The notes beneath the pieces were generated by a model that ran no database searches, was not told the DNA's origin, and was given only the letters and a program-made list of their open reading frames with translations. This document shows, in pieces, positions 11,824 to 21,320 of a DNA stretch of 64,000 nucleotides (the stretch's first letter is position 1; each line of letters starts with the position of its first letter). The position numbers and the translations under genes are program-made. The DNA comes from an uncultured Actinomycetota bacterium (GTDB lineage: Bacteria > Actinomycetota > Actinomycetes > Mycobacteriales > Mycobacteriaceae). Location of the stretch: contig CAWBFI010000012.1 of NCBI GenBank assembly GCA_963788075.1, positions 109,482 to 173,481 on the forward strand. Reading direction: 5' to 3'.

Positions 11824-12207
11824 GTGGATGAGGTTGACCAGCGAATTGCGGAAGCAATCGGGGCGCTCCAGCGTCATGGGGCGGTTTTTGCCTATCTGCA
11901 CGGCAGTCGAGCCTCGGGCACTGCCAGCCCAGATTCGGATGTCGACATTGCCGCCTATTTCGACGGACAACCCCCAGAGGCCTTCGAGGTTCTTCTGCCC
12001 GCCGGCGTCGACCTTGTGGTGCTGAATCGTGCTCCTCTCGAACTTGCGGGCCGGGTCGCCCTTTACGGAAAACTCCTTTTCGAGCGAGATCCCAGTGCTC
12101 GTGTGGTCTGGGAGGCGACGACACGCAAGATCTATCTCGACGAGCTGCCGCGGCTGAATTGCGCTCACCGGGATTTCGCGGAAGCGGTGCTGCGGCGTGG
12201 TGGATGA
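11824..12207 (+). CDS. mntA: MntA-type minimal nucleotidyltransferase antitoxin
   Basis: YLHGSRASGTASPDSDVDIAAY (GS-x10-DxD). Confidence 0.88.
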   Translation: MDEVDQRIAEAIGALQRHGAVFAYLHGSRASGTASPDSDVDIAAYFDGQPPEAFEVLLPAGVDLVVLNRAPLELAGRVALYGKLLFERDPSARVVWEATTRKIYLDELPRLNCAHRDFAEAVLRRGG

Positions 12208-12628
12208 AGTCCGCGTTCTCAGGCTGCTGCGCGTTATCACCGACGATCTCGGTGTTTTACATCAGGAATCCGATGCTGATGAAGAGCGTCGCGCTGATCC
12301 GATGTGGCTACGCGGCGTGAAGTACACCTTTGTTACCTCCATCGAAGCGTGTATCGACGTCGCCCAGCACATCTGCGCGGCGCACGGTTGGGGGCCGCCG
12401 GCGGATAACGGCGACGCCATGAAAGTGCTTGGGCGCCATGGAACACTCACGGCCGACGTATCCGATGCCATGCGTAAGGCCGTTGGATTCCGCAATATCC
12501 TCGTGCACGAGTACATCGAGGTGTCGGACGAGATCGTGGTGTCCAGACTCGGGAACCTGCGTGACCTTGAGCAATTTGTCGAGCAGGTGACCGCGTTCCT
12601 GCATGGCGGTCCAGTGGTCCCCCGCTGA
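12197..12628 (+). CDS. hepT: HepT (DUF86) HEPN ribonuclease toxin
   Basis: GFRNILVHEY (Rx4HxY); overlaps mntA. Confidence 0.9.
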   Translation: MVDEVRVLRLLRVITDDLGVLHQESDADEERRADPMWLRGVKYTFVTSIEACIDVAQHICAAHGWGPPADNGDAMKVLGRHGTLTADVSDAMRKAVGFRNILVHEYIEVSDEIVVSRLGNLRDLEQFVEQVTAFLHGGPVVPR

Positions 12629-12675
12629 CATCGTGCCCAGCGCGAGTAGTCGAGGCGGGCCTCGGGACAGTTCTG

Positions 12676-13974
12676 GTGAAACGGTTGCCGCTGCTGGACG
12701 CGAGGTTCTGCTGCCGCGCGATCCCTCCCCGCGATGTCCCTGACGCACGTCATCGTGTGTTCGGCGCGGCGGATCCACACTTTGATTGCGTCGTTCGTAG
12801 CTTTTCCACCATGTTCCCCGGGCGCCGTTTCGGTGGCGGGGCGCTGGCGGTGTACGTCGACGGCCAACCCGCCGTCGACGTCTGGAAAGGGTGGGCTGAC
12901 CGGGGCGGCCACCTGCCGTGGTCGGCGGACACCGCCGCGATGGTGTTTTCGGCGACCAAGGGGATGACCGCTACGGTCATCCACCGGCTTGCCGACCGGG
13001 GGCTGATCGACTACGAGACCCCAGTTGCCGAGTACTGGCCGGAGTTCGCAGCCAACGGCAAGGGAGCCCTGACCGTTCGTCAGGTGATGAGACATACCGC
13101 CGGCTTGTCGGGTCTGCGTGGCGCGACCAAGGAAGACTTGCTGGATCACGTCGTGATGGAGGAGCGGCTAGCCGCGGCGGCGCCGGGACGGCTGCTGGGC
13201 AAATCGGCCTACCACGCGCTGACCTTCGGCTGGCTGATGTCGGGGTTGGCCAGGGCGGTGACCGGAAAAGACATGCGCGTCCTGTTTCGCGAGGAGCTCG
13301 CCGAACCGTTGGGCACTGACGGCTTTCACCTCGGCCGGCCGCCGGCCGGGTCGCCGACGCGGGCCGCCGAGATCGTCATGCCGCAGAATATCGCCGCCAA
13401 CCCGGTCATCGACTGCGTGACGCGCAAGGTCGCACACCAGCTGTCCGGCGGGTGGCGGTCGATGTACTTCCCAGGTGTGATCGCTGCCGTCCAGGGTGAG
13501 ATTCCGATGCTCGACGCCGAGATCCCGGCGGCCAATGGGGTGGTGACGGCCCGCGGGCTGGCACGGATGTACGGTGCGATCGCCAACGGCGGCGAGATCG
13601 ACGGCACCCGATTTTTGTCACGTGAACTGGTTGCGGGCCTGACCGGTCGACGTAGCCTTCGGCCGGATCGAAACCTGTTCGTGCCGTTGGCATTCCACCT
13701 CGGCTACCACAGCTTGCCCTACGGGAATGTGATGCCGGGCTTCGGTCACGTCGGGCTGGGCGGTTCGGTCGGCTGGGCCGACCCCGCGGATGGAGTGGCG
13801 TTCGCGTTGGTGCACAACCGGCTGCTGACACCGTTTGTGATGACGGATCACGCCGCGTTCGTCGGAATCTACGCGCTGATCCGCCAAGCGGCCGCGAAGG
13901 CCCGCAAACACGGGTTCCGGCGGGTGACCGAGTTCGGGTCGCCGTTCTCCGAGCCGGGGGCCGTCGCCGGCTAA
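12676..13974 (+). CDS. lipL: LipL-like esterase, copy 2
   Basis: Near-identical paralog of 10160-11452 (about 90% by eye) with the same catalytic motifs. Confidence 0.88.
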   Translation: MKRLPLLDARFCCRAIPPRDVPDARHRVFGAADPHFDCVVRSFSTMFPGRRFGGGALAVYVDGQPAVDVWKGWADRGGHLPWSADTAAMVFSATKGMTATVIHRLADRGLIDYETPVAEYWPEFAANGKGALTVRQVMRHTAGLSGLRGATKEDLLDHVVMEERLAAAAPGRLLGKSAYHALTFGWLMSGLARAVTGKDMRVLFREELAEPLGTDGFHLGRPPAGSPTRAAEIVMPQNIAANPVIDCVTRKVAHQLSGGWRSMYFPGVIAAVQGEIPMLDAEIPAANGVVTARGLARMYGAIANGGEIDGTRFLSRELVAGLTGRRSLRPDRNLFVPLAFHLGYHSLPYGNVMPGFGHVGLGGSVGWADPADGVAFALVHNRLLTPFVMTDHAAFVGIYALIRQAAAKARKHGFRRVTEFGSPFSEPGAVAG

Positions 13975-14162
13975 CGCTCCGAATCTTCCAGGCGGAAGCG
14001 AAGTTTCGTGTGGGTAGATGGGTGTGATTGGTTTTCACAATCGGTTTTGTGGCCTGTACACAAAAACTCTATATGCCAAAATGGTTGTCCGATCTCGATT
14101 GTCCGACCTAAACATCGCGCTACGTTCGGGCAAAGCTGCCCCCGCAGCATGGCGGGTCAGTG

Positions 14163-14651
14163 TCAGCCAGCCGGATCAGCTCGAGATATCGCCAATGAGT
14201 TCGTGGGTGCTGTCTGCTCGCGTGAGTCGTGCGTGTGCTTAAAGAGCCGGTCCAGGATCAGGAAGCGGCCGACCCAGACGATGCCGAAGCCAAGCACTTG
14301 GGCGACGAACACGGCTGTGCCACGGACGAGCGTTGTCCGATCGGCTGTCACGCCATCGACGAAGTAGGTGAAGAACGTGGCCAACGCGACACCCAGCATC
14401 ACAACCACCCAGAAAATGAGCATCTGGTTGCGTAGGTTCTTCGCCGATCTGACCCGCCAGACAAAGTACCTGTTGGCGAAGAAGTTGGGGACCGTGGCAA
14501 TGGCCGCGGCCAACAGCGACGCGGCGGTGTAATCGTCGAGCCATGGGCCTAAGACCTGGAGGAGGACTTGGCCTATCGGCAGGAAGGCGGCCGCAACGAC
14601 CACGTAGCGCAGCTTCGTACGCGCTTCCTCTGTTTTGGCGTACGCGGTCAT
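14163..14651 (-). CDS. GtrA-family membrane protein (putative polyprenyl-P-sugar flippase)
   Basis: Four TM segments, NFFANRYFVW motif; ATG 14651 has a GGGGAG RBS. Confidence 0.8.
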   Translation of the reverse strand: MTAYAKTEEARTKLRYVVVAAAFLPIGQVLLQVLGPWLDDYTAASLLAAAIATVPNFFANRYFVWRVRSAKNLRNQMLIFWVVVMLGVALATFFTYFVDGVTADRTTLVRGTAVFVAQVLGFGIVWVGRFLILDRLFKHTHDSREQTAPTNSLAISRADPAG

Positions 14652-14944
14652 GCCCTCCCCGAGGCCCATGATTAGCAAAATACCTAGTGATCAGTCGCTT
14701 CGGGTCAGAACTGAGAGAAACGCAGGGCGCGAACTAGTTCGGAGTTCCACCCTCATCCCCACGAGGGCCGATCGCCGGGCGACTTCGGGATTTGAAAGTC
14801 AACCAAATTTTGTGCAATGAAGGCGCTGTTCGCGCTGCGCATTGCCGGGACTAGTGGCCGGGCGCTCTACGCGCGCGACCTCCCGTCCTGAGCATCGGCG
14901 GGGCTGCGCCGGAAGGGAGAAGTGTCGGTGGCCGAAGTAGCTCA

Positions 14945-15240
14945 GCAGCGTGGTGCCCGCGCTGATGTTGCCTGCGCCGATATGCGGGGCAGACCCAACT
15001 CGACCAGCACCGGTAACGCGACGGCATTGATGCCCAACGCGGTGAGGTAGACGCTCTCGAAGCGGACAAGATCGCGCAGCGCCTGGCCCCGGACGCGAAA
15101 CACAACCGCCGGTACATCACGAACGCGAATAACTCGCTCAGTACATGCGGGATGCCGACCGTCACCAACGACCCGGCCACCTTGCCGAACCGGTGGTCGA
15201 CGAAATGACCCAACGGTATTCCGGCCTCGGGGCCGACGCC
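14945..15240 (-). pseudogene. Frameshifted second GtrA-family gene
   Basis: HVLSELFAFVMYRR continues in another frame as VFRVRGQALRDLVRFESVYLTALGINAVALPVLVELG (1-bp loss near 15105); boundaries approximate. Confidence 0.7.
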
Positions 15241-15574
15241 GCTCTGCTGCGCGACTGGGCCTTGAAACCCGCTGCCCTACGAGATCGCTGCTTTTCGAGG
15301 CTAGAGTCTCGAGCACATCGGGGCAGCCAACACCGTGGTAGCAATGATGAGCGACCCGCCCGACCTCGAGGGCGCGGTCGGCCACTACCTTGGAGCAGCT
15401 GACTTCGCGGCCATTCCGGGCGGCTGGCTGCTGGCGGCTATTAGCTCGTTTACGAATGGGCCAAAATGTCGACAAGCAGGCCGGCATCGGGTTGGAAGCC
15501 CAAAATAATGGGTTCGCCGCGGTCGTGCTCCGGCCCCAACCACGGTCAAACGCCGCTGGCGCCGGTGACGCAAA

Positions 15575-17113
15575 TTAGAACTCTGCGGTTGACACGACTG
15601 CGCGCGGCGAGGTGCTGACCGCAGTGTCTTGCCAGCCCTCCGGATCCGGCGACCGGTGGCTGCGACGGAAGGGAGCGGGCTTGCGCGCGTACGAGACAAT
15701 AATTGCTGCGCACGCAACCAGCCACAGGACCGGCGTGAGGGCCACTGTGGTGACTGCCAGGGGCGTGTGGCCGACTATGCCGCCGGCCCCATTCTGCCCG
15801 GCTATCGGCGCGTCGATCGGCGGGACCTGCAGGGCGATTTGGGCGATGCTTAACGCAGTAGCCAGACTCACGCAGATGCCGACTGCACGACGGCGGCCGC
15901 CGAGAGTCTCGAGTCGATCGAATATTCCCGATCCCGGTGGCCCGTCGGGGTCCCTGGCCAGCAGCGCCGCGACAGGTAACACGAACACCAGGTAGTAGCG
16001 GTTGCTCACGGCGGGAAAGAACGAGGCGGTGGCCAGCAGCGCGATGCCCGCCATGACAGGCGGGATACGCCGCCCGAGAGCCACAACGGAGCCGACGACG
16101 AGGAGCAAGATCACGTACCCGATCAGCGATCGCTCCTCAGCGAGGAAGCCGTTTACTTCGCCGAAACGGGGGATGCCGTCCACTATGCGGACATTGCCCG
16201 CTAAGGCATCAGGGATCCAGAGGAGCCCCCTCGCGAAAGAAATGTTGAAGGGGTCTACGAGGGCTTGGTAAGGACCGACGCCGAACATGTTGTGGATCGA
16301 CTGCACGATTGTCGTCGGGAAGTCCCGTGGCCACAGCAGATAGGCGGCGAGGTTGGTGATTACGGCTCCGGCCGCCGCGAGGGTGCCCAATCGCCATTGC
16401 CGGGCCGCGAACAACGCGACCGCCAGCACAACAAAGTGCGGCTTCACCATGGCCGCCAGCACGACCATGACCGCCGCCAGTCCCCAGCGCCGTCGGCACA
16501 CCGCCACGAGAAACACCAGCGCGATGGGCACCACGAAGCCCACCGAGTTGCCCCGATCGATTGCCGTCCATATTGGAATGGCCGCGACACCCAATGCCAC
16601 AAACACCACCACCCGCTCCAGACCGCGAGCGCCCCGCGCCGCCCAAACCGAGGGAGTAAGGCACGCGATCGTCAGAGCGAGCAGATAGGCCAACAGTCCC
16701 AGTCGTGGGGCGTGCAGCCATTTCCCCAGGAGCCCGAAGATCATGTGCGGCACCATCGCGGCTGGCGGATATTCAATGGAGTCCAGCCCGACGCTCGAGT
16801 TGTGGTACGGCGTGTAGGGCTCCCAAGGGTTGGGCACCGTCGCGTAGCGCACCACAACCGCATAGTCACTGAAGCAGTGCCGGCCGATCTGCGTGCCCCA
16901 CGCGAAGAAGCAGTCCTGGGGGAGGGTAGCGAAAGAGGAAAGCACGTCAACCGAGAAGTACTGGGTGAGCACAAAGCCCGTGACAGCCGAAACCGCCGAC
17001 GCCAGCAGGACGGTGCCAAGCATTATTGTGCGCGCGGATTGGCTTACGGCCCTCAACAGGCGCTCCCGAATCGCTGAGACACTACCGCGTAGCACCTCGG
17101 GGGGTCGGTTCAC
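15575..17113 (-). CDS. GT87/DUF2029-like GT-C glycosyltransferase, paralog 1
   Basis: Polytopic protein with HCFSDY, NPWEPY, YPPAA, IDRGNS, MVKP motifs. Confidence 0.8.
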   Translation of the reverse strand: MNRPPEVLRGSVSAIRERLLRAVSQSARTIMLGTVLLASAVSAVTGFVLTQYFSVDVLSSFATLPQDCFFAWGTQIGRHCFSDYAVVVRYATVPNPWEPYTPYHNSSVGLDSIEYPPAAMVPHMIFGLLGKWLHAPRLGLLAYLLALTIACLTPSVWAARGARGLERVVVFVALGVAAIPIWTAIDRGNSVGFVVPIALVFLVAVCRRRWGLAAVMVVLAAMVKPHFVVLAVALFAARQWRLGTLAAAGAVITNLAAYLLWPRDFPTTIVQSIHNMFGVGPYQALVDPFNISFARGLLWIPDALAGNVRIVDGIPRFGEVNGFLAEERSLIGYVILLLVVGSVVALGRRIPPVMAGIALLATASFFPAVSNRYYLVFVLPVAALLARDPDGPPGSGIFDRLETLGGRRRAVGICVSLATALSIAQIALQVPPIDAPIAGQNGAGGIVGHTPLAVTTVALTPVLWLVACAAIIVSYARKPAPFRRSHRSPDPEGWQDTAVSTSPRAVVSTAEF

Positions 17114-17179
17114 TGCCTTCTCCTCGGGTCAGGCCGAAACGGTAGCCGAAGCAGGGCGCTCCAAGCTGAGTCGCCCGGG

Positions 17180-17185
17180 AGCCTA
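17180..17185 (-). promoter_or_regulatory. -10 box (TAGGCT) of GT87 paralog 1
   Basis: Lies in a leader conserved upstream of paralogs 1, 2 and 3; fits the SigA-type TANNNT pattern. Confidence 0.5.
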
Positions 17186-17561
17186 ACCCAATACCGTCGC
17201 CCTCAAGCCGACATGTGGGAATTTCCATGGAAGTCCATGTGTCGCCTCAGCCGCGATGCACGTCATGGCGGTCTAGGAGCGGGGCGTGGCCCACGGCGCG
17301 AACTCTGTGTATGTTGTCTGCGATGTTCGGCGGCGAAGGGCTTTAGCGCGGTGGGTAGTGGTGGATAGTTAGGCTGCGGATTGGGTGCGGCTTGTCGATC
17401 CGGTGACGGTGACCGACCCTTTGCCGCGACGTCGTCGGGTCTGAGGTACGTTCGGGGGGCCGTATTACGAGCGGATCTCATGATGGTGTCGAATCTAGTG
17501 TGGTGGTTGGGATTGTGCGGGTTTGGTATGCCGACACAGTAAAGCCGTACACGGAGGCTCA

Positions 17562-17826
17562 GTGAATTCAGCAGAGGTGCCGCGGAAGAATCGAATCTCC
17601 TACCCAACCGTCGTCACCGTGTTGGCAGCTTGTTTATTGTTTCTGCGCGGTGCTCCGCGGCTAGGGCATGCGGCATTTCACCATGAAGACGGTCAGATTT
17701 TTTTCTCGCAGGCGCACAACAGTGGCGTTGCGGGAGCCGGTGGCACGTTTGTGGAGCCTTACGCGGGATACCTGCATGTGATTCCCCGGATTATTGCCGC
17801 TGTGCTTGAGCCGTTTCCGGTTACTG
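17562..17826 (+). pseudogene. 5' fragment of an EDG-motif membrane protein truncated by IS3
   Basis: VNSAEVPR...HEDGQIF...EPYAGYLHVIPR...EPFPVT is homologous to 61100-62323; breaks exactly at the IS3 end. Confidence 0.85.
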
Positions 17827-17874
17827 TGGGATTCCCCTCATATCGTGGAGACATCGCCAATGAGGAGGTCGGCG

Positions 17875-18162
17875 ATGGAGGCACGGCGAAAGTTCGACGA
17901 GGAATTCAAGGAGGGTGCGGTTCGGATCGTGCGGGAGACCGGCAAACCGATTGCGCAGGTCGCCCGCGAGCTCGGGATCAATGGCGGCACCCTGGGTAAC
18001 TGGGTGAATAGCGAGCGGCGCGCCCGGGAGGGCGGTGATGGGCGGCTTGAGGAAAGTGAGCGCGAGGAACTCAAGCGGCTGCGCGCGGAAAACGCCGAGC
18101 TCGCCATGGAGCGTGATGTCCTCAAACGCTCGGCATAATGGGTGAAGGAGGCGACGAGGTGA
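17875..18162 (+). pseudogene. IS3 OrfA with premature stop at 18136-18138
   Basis: RRKFDEEFKEGAVRIV...KRSA*WVKEATR*. Confidence 0.75.
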
Positions 18163-19051
18163 GCGTGGCCCGCTTCATCGCCGACCAGAGGACCTTCTAT
18201 CGGGTGCCACACGCGGTGTGCTGCGCCATCCTGGGCGTGAGTATCTCCTGGTTCTACAAGTGGGTGGATCGCGAGCCCACCAACCGGGAGCTCCGGCGGG
18301 CTAAGTTGGACACGCGGGTGGCCAAGCTGTTCGCGGCCTGCAAGTGCAGCTACGGTTCGCCGCGCATCCACGCCGACCTGCTCGACGAGGGCTGGAAGGT
18401 CGGTGTGAACACCGTCGCGGAGTCCATGCGCCGGCAGGGCCTGCAGGGCGAAAACCAAAGCGGAGCAGGGGCTTGACCCGACAGGACAAGAAGGCGGCGA
18501 AGTTTCCCGACCTGTTGAAACGTGACTTCACTGCCGCGGCGTCGAACCTGAAGTGGTGTGGCGACATCACCGAGATCCCCATCGATGAGGGCAAGCTCTA
18601 CCTCGCCTCGGTGCTGGATCTGTGCGGGCGCCGGCTGCTGGCCTGCCCAATGTCGGAGCATCCGGACGCCGAGCTAGCCAGCGACGCGATGAAGATGGCC
18701 GCCGCGGTGCGCGGCGGACGCGCCGTGATCGATGGTGTGGTTTTCCATAGCGACCGCGGATCTACTTACACCGCAAATGATTTCATGAGGTTATGCCGCA
18801 GGCTCGGGGTACGGCAGTCCATGGGACGCGTGGGGTCGTGCTTCGACAACGCCGCCTACGAGGCGTTTTTCTCCACCCTCGAACACGAGGTCTTGTCCCG
18901 GTACCACTTCGCCACGAAGGTACAGGCCCGAGAGGTCATCACCGCCTGGTGCTACGACTTCTACAACACCCGACGCCGGCACAGCTCGGCCGGGTTGCTA
19001 CCACCCGTCGACTACGAGAAAATCGCGACCATCCGACCGGAGGCCGCATAA
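18159..19051 (+). pseudogene. IS3 OrfB DDE transposase, frameshifted near 18450
   Basis: YGSPRI, then in another frame KWCGDIT, HSDRGSTY, CFDNAAYEAFF. Confidence 0.85.
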
Positions 19052-19114
19052 AGGAAGCCTTCACGTTTTCGGGGGAAGCCCAGCCGACCGGGTCGGCGGG
19101 TGCACGGTGGGGGG

Positions 19115-19937
19115 TCATATCAGCAGGTCTCCTCGGCCTCGGTGTTGGCTATGACAGTCAATGGTGTGGTGGGTGTAGGTGAATTCGGACGGATCGCGTG
19201 AGAACCGCGTTGAGGTTTGGCCGACTGCCTGCGGCAGTGCCGGGGTGGTGCTCTCGGTGGCGCGTTCCAGCATGGACGCGATCTTGTTGACCGAGACGAC
19301 GTCAAGGTCCAGCGCCAGTGAGCATGCTCGTTCGACGCGGTCGGCGCCGTAGCGGCGCACCAGGCCTCGGAGTCGGTAGACGGTGCGCATCCGGGTCCAG
19401 GGCAGCCGGTCATCGAGGATGCGTTCGGCGTAGATCCCGATATTCGGGCCGTGCGCGGTACACGCTGCGATCAACGCCGCCAGGTCCCGCAACGCGTAAC
19501 CGGTCTTGTGTTCGGGCAGATCAGCACGGTCGGTACTGCGCCCACCGGCCGGTTGGCGGGGGTGGACTTTCACCAGGACACCGTGGTGGTAGAACTTCAC
19601 CAGCTCGGCATCGGCGCGCACGTCCAGGGTGTGTCCGATCCACTGTTGCGGGCAGCGAGTACAGCGCCTTGGCGACTTCGGCGTGGAAATCGCGGTGCAC
19701 TTTGACCGCTTTGAACACCGGCACGTCATAGACCCCCGGTGCGGGCAGCAGCACCGGCTGCTCGGTGTCAGTGAACACCTGCACTGGACGCGCACAGGTG
19801 GTGCCGTGGATGCGGGTACCGGCACTGTCAAGACACCATGTCACGGCGGCCTGCTGCGCTTGGTCTAGATCGGTGAATGTTTCTCCGTTCCAGAAGTTTC
19901 CACGCACGTACTGCACCGTGCGTTCCACTCGTGGCTT
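19115..19937 (-). pseudogene. istA: istA 3' fragment (additional frameshift near 19650)
   Basis: KPRVERTVQYVRGNFW...VHRDFHAEVAKALYSLP, then HTLDVRADAELVKFYH. Confidence 0.85.
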
Positions 19938-20257
19938 GGACAACGTCGTCGACTACACCGGATCCCGATGATCGCTTCCAGATAGTGCGTGTGACGCATC
20001 GGTTTCATCCGTTGTTTGGTCGTGAGTTCGAGTTCGTGGAGCATCGGCAGAATTGGGGTGAGGACCGGGTGCACATGCGCGACGCGGATGGGCGGTTATT
20101 CTCGCTTCCTGCTGGCTGGACCGATACCGAGGCGGTGGATCCGTTCGTGGTGATCGCCGCCGGGCGGTGTCCATTTACCGTGGACGGGTTGCTCGCGGTC
20201 GCCGACCTGGTCGAGGGCTTGCGGGCTGGGCGGGCTGTCAAGACGATTACGCCGTAA
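19935..20257 (+). CDS. DUF5372 (Y4bD/Y4pK-like) protein lacking its start in the integrated state
   Basis: VRVTHRFHPLFGREFEFV...WGEDRV...SLPAGWTD; RBS and ATG are at 23377-23391. Confidence 0.75.
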
Positions 20258-20399
20258 GTGTTAGGTGGATTACGCCGTGATGCGCTCCGCGATGAGCAGT
20301 GGGTTACTCCGGTTCGGGCGCTAATTCTGTGCTATTGCAGGCTATGTATGTCTGTAGCTGGCGTGTCATGCGCAGTCCGTCAGGCCGATACGGCATAAT
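20245..20399. promoter_or_regulatory. Repeated 11-mer sites upstream of the HTH gene
   Basis: GATTACGCCGT at 20245-20255 and 20268-20278; near-inverted ACGGCATAAT at 20390-20399. Confidence 0.5.
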
Positions 20400-20431
20400 T
20401 CGTCTAACAGTACGACAAATCGGAGGGCGGG

Positions 20432-20911
20432 ATGGCGCGACGGCGCGAGGTCGAAGACCCCAAGTTGACGGCGCTGCGGCAGGCGCGGTGTTTGAATCCG
20501 CACCCTGAGGCGGTGACCGACGAGTTGTTTAGCTCCCAGGAGTTCTTCGACGCCCGCGACGCGGTGCAGGTCAAATACGAGATGGTGCGACGTGTTCGGG
20601 TCGACCGGGTGTCGGTGTCAGCGGCCTCCGAGGCGTTCGGGTATTCGCGTCCCTCGTTTTATCAGGCGGCCGCCGCGCTCGATGAGCAGGGCCTCGACGG
20701 GCTGACCGCGAGCAAGCCGGGCCCGCGTGGCGGACACAAGATCACCGCGGAGGTCAGCGCATTCGCCGAAGAGCAGCTAAGCGCCGACCCGGCACTGCGG
20801 CCAGCGGACCTGGTCGACACGATCGCCCAACGGTTCGGCGTGCGGGTGCACCCCCGCTCGATCGAGCGGGCGTTGACCCGCTACCGAGACCAGCAGTCCA
20901 AAAGTCACTGA
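20432..20911 (+). CDS. Helix-turn-helix domain protein of the serine recombinase element
   Basis: FFDARDAVQVKYEMVRRV...FGYSRPSFYQ...KPGPRGGHK. Confidence 0.8.
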   Translation: MARRREVEDPKLTALRQARCLNPHPEAVTDELFSSQEFFDARDAVQVKYEMVRRVRVDRVSVSAASEAFGYSRPSFYQAAAALDEQGLDGLTASKPGPRGGHKITAEVSAFAEEQLSADPALRPADLVDTIAQRFGVRVHPRSIERALTRYRDQQSKSH

Positions 20912-20930
20912 CTCCTCCGGTGAGCAGGCC

Positions 20931-21320
20931 ATGGTGAACGAGCGCGGTGGTCGCGGTAGCGGGCTGGACGCCCGCTACGAAGCGCTTCGCCACGCCGCGC
21001 TGCACGCCCGCGCGGAGGCGTTCCCCCTCGGCTTCGCCGTGCTCACCCGCCGGGGCGTAACCGGGTGGCAACGCGCCCTTAAAGAAGTGAGCGCCAACCA
21101 AGCCACACCCGTCATGCCCGCCTCGCCGGCGCTGGCGTCTTCGAGCCTGCCAGCAGCGGTCAGCGCCGAGCTGGTAGACGCGCTCGCCGCGGTCACCCTC
21201 GCAGGCACCCAGCCCGACCGCGACGCTGCTGTCCATCACCGAAATACGTTGCACCACAGGTCTATTCGCCGCGAAAGGAGCCCATACCGGTGTTTACCGA
21301 CACCGCCGCATCCAAAGTGA
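20931..21320 (+). CDS. Small hypothetical protein of the serine recombinase element
   Basis: YEALR...LGFAVLTRRGVTGW; between the HTH gene and the recombinase; true end uncertain. Confidence 0.55.
   Translation: MVNERGGRGSGLDARYEALRHAALHARAEAFPLGFAVLTRRGVTGWQRALKEVSANQATPVMPASPALASSSLPAAVSAELVDALAAVTLAGTQPDRDAAVHHRNTLHHRSIRRERSPYRCLPTPPHPK

Larger units (their letters stand above)
17827..19082 (+). mobile_element. IS3-family element A (decayed)
   Basis: Imperfect IRs TGGGATTCCCCTCATATCGTGG / TGGGCTTCCCCCGAAAACGTGA; flanks differ and there is no target duplication, consistent with an adjacent deletion. Confidence 0.88.

Noticed and set aside
17338-17460. Possible 3' end of a transposase between GT87 paralog 1 and the truncated EDG gene
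   Set aside because: Too short and degenerate to assign
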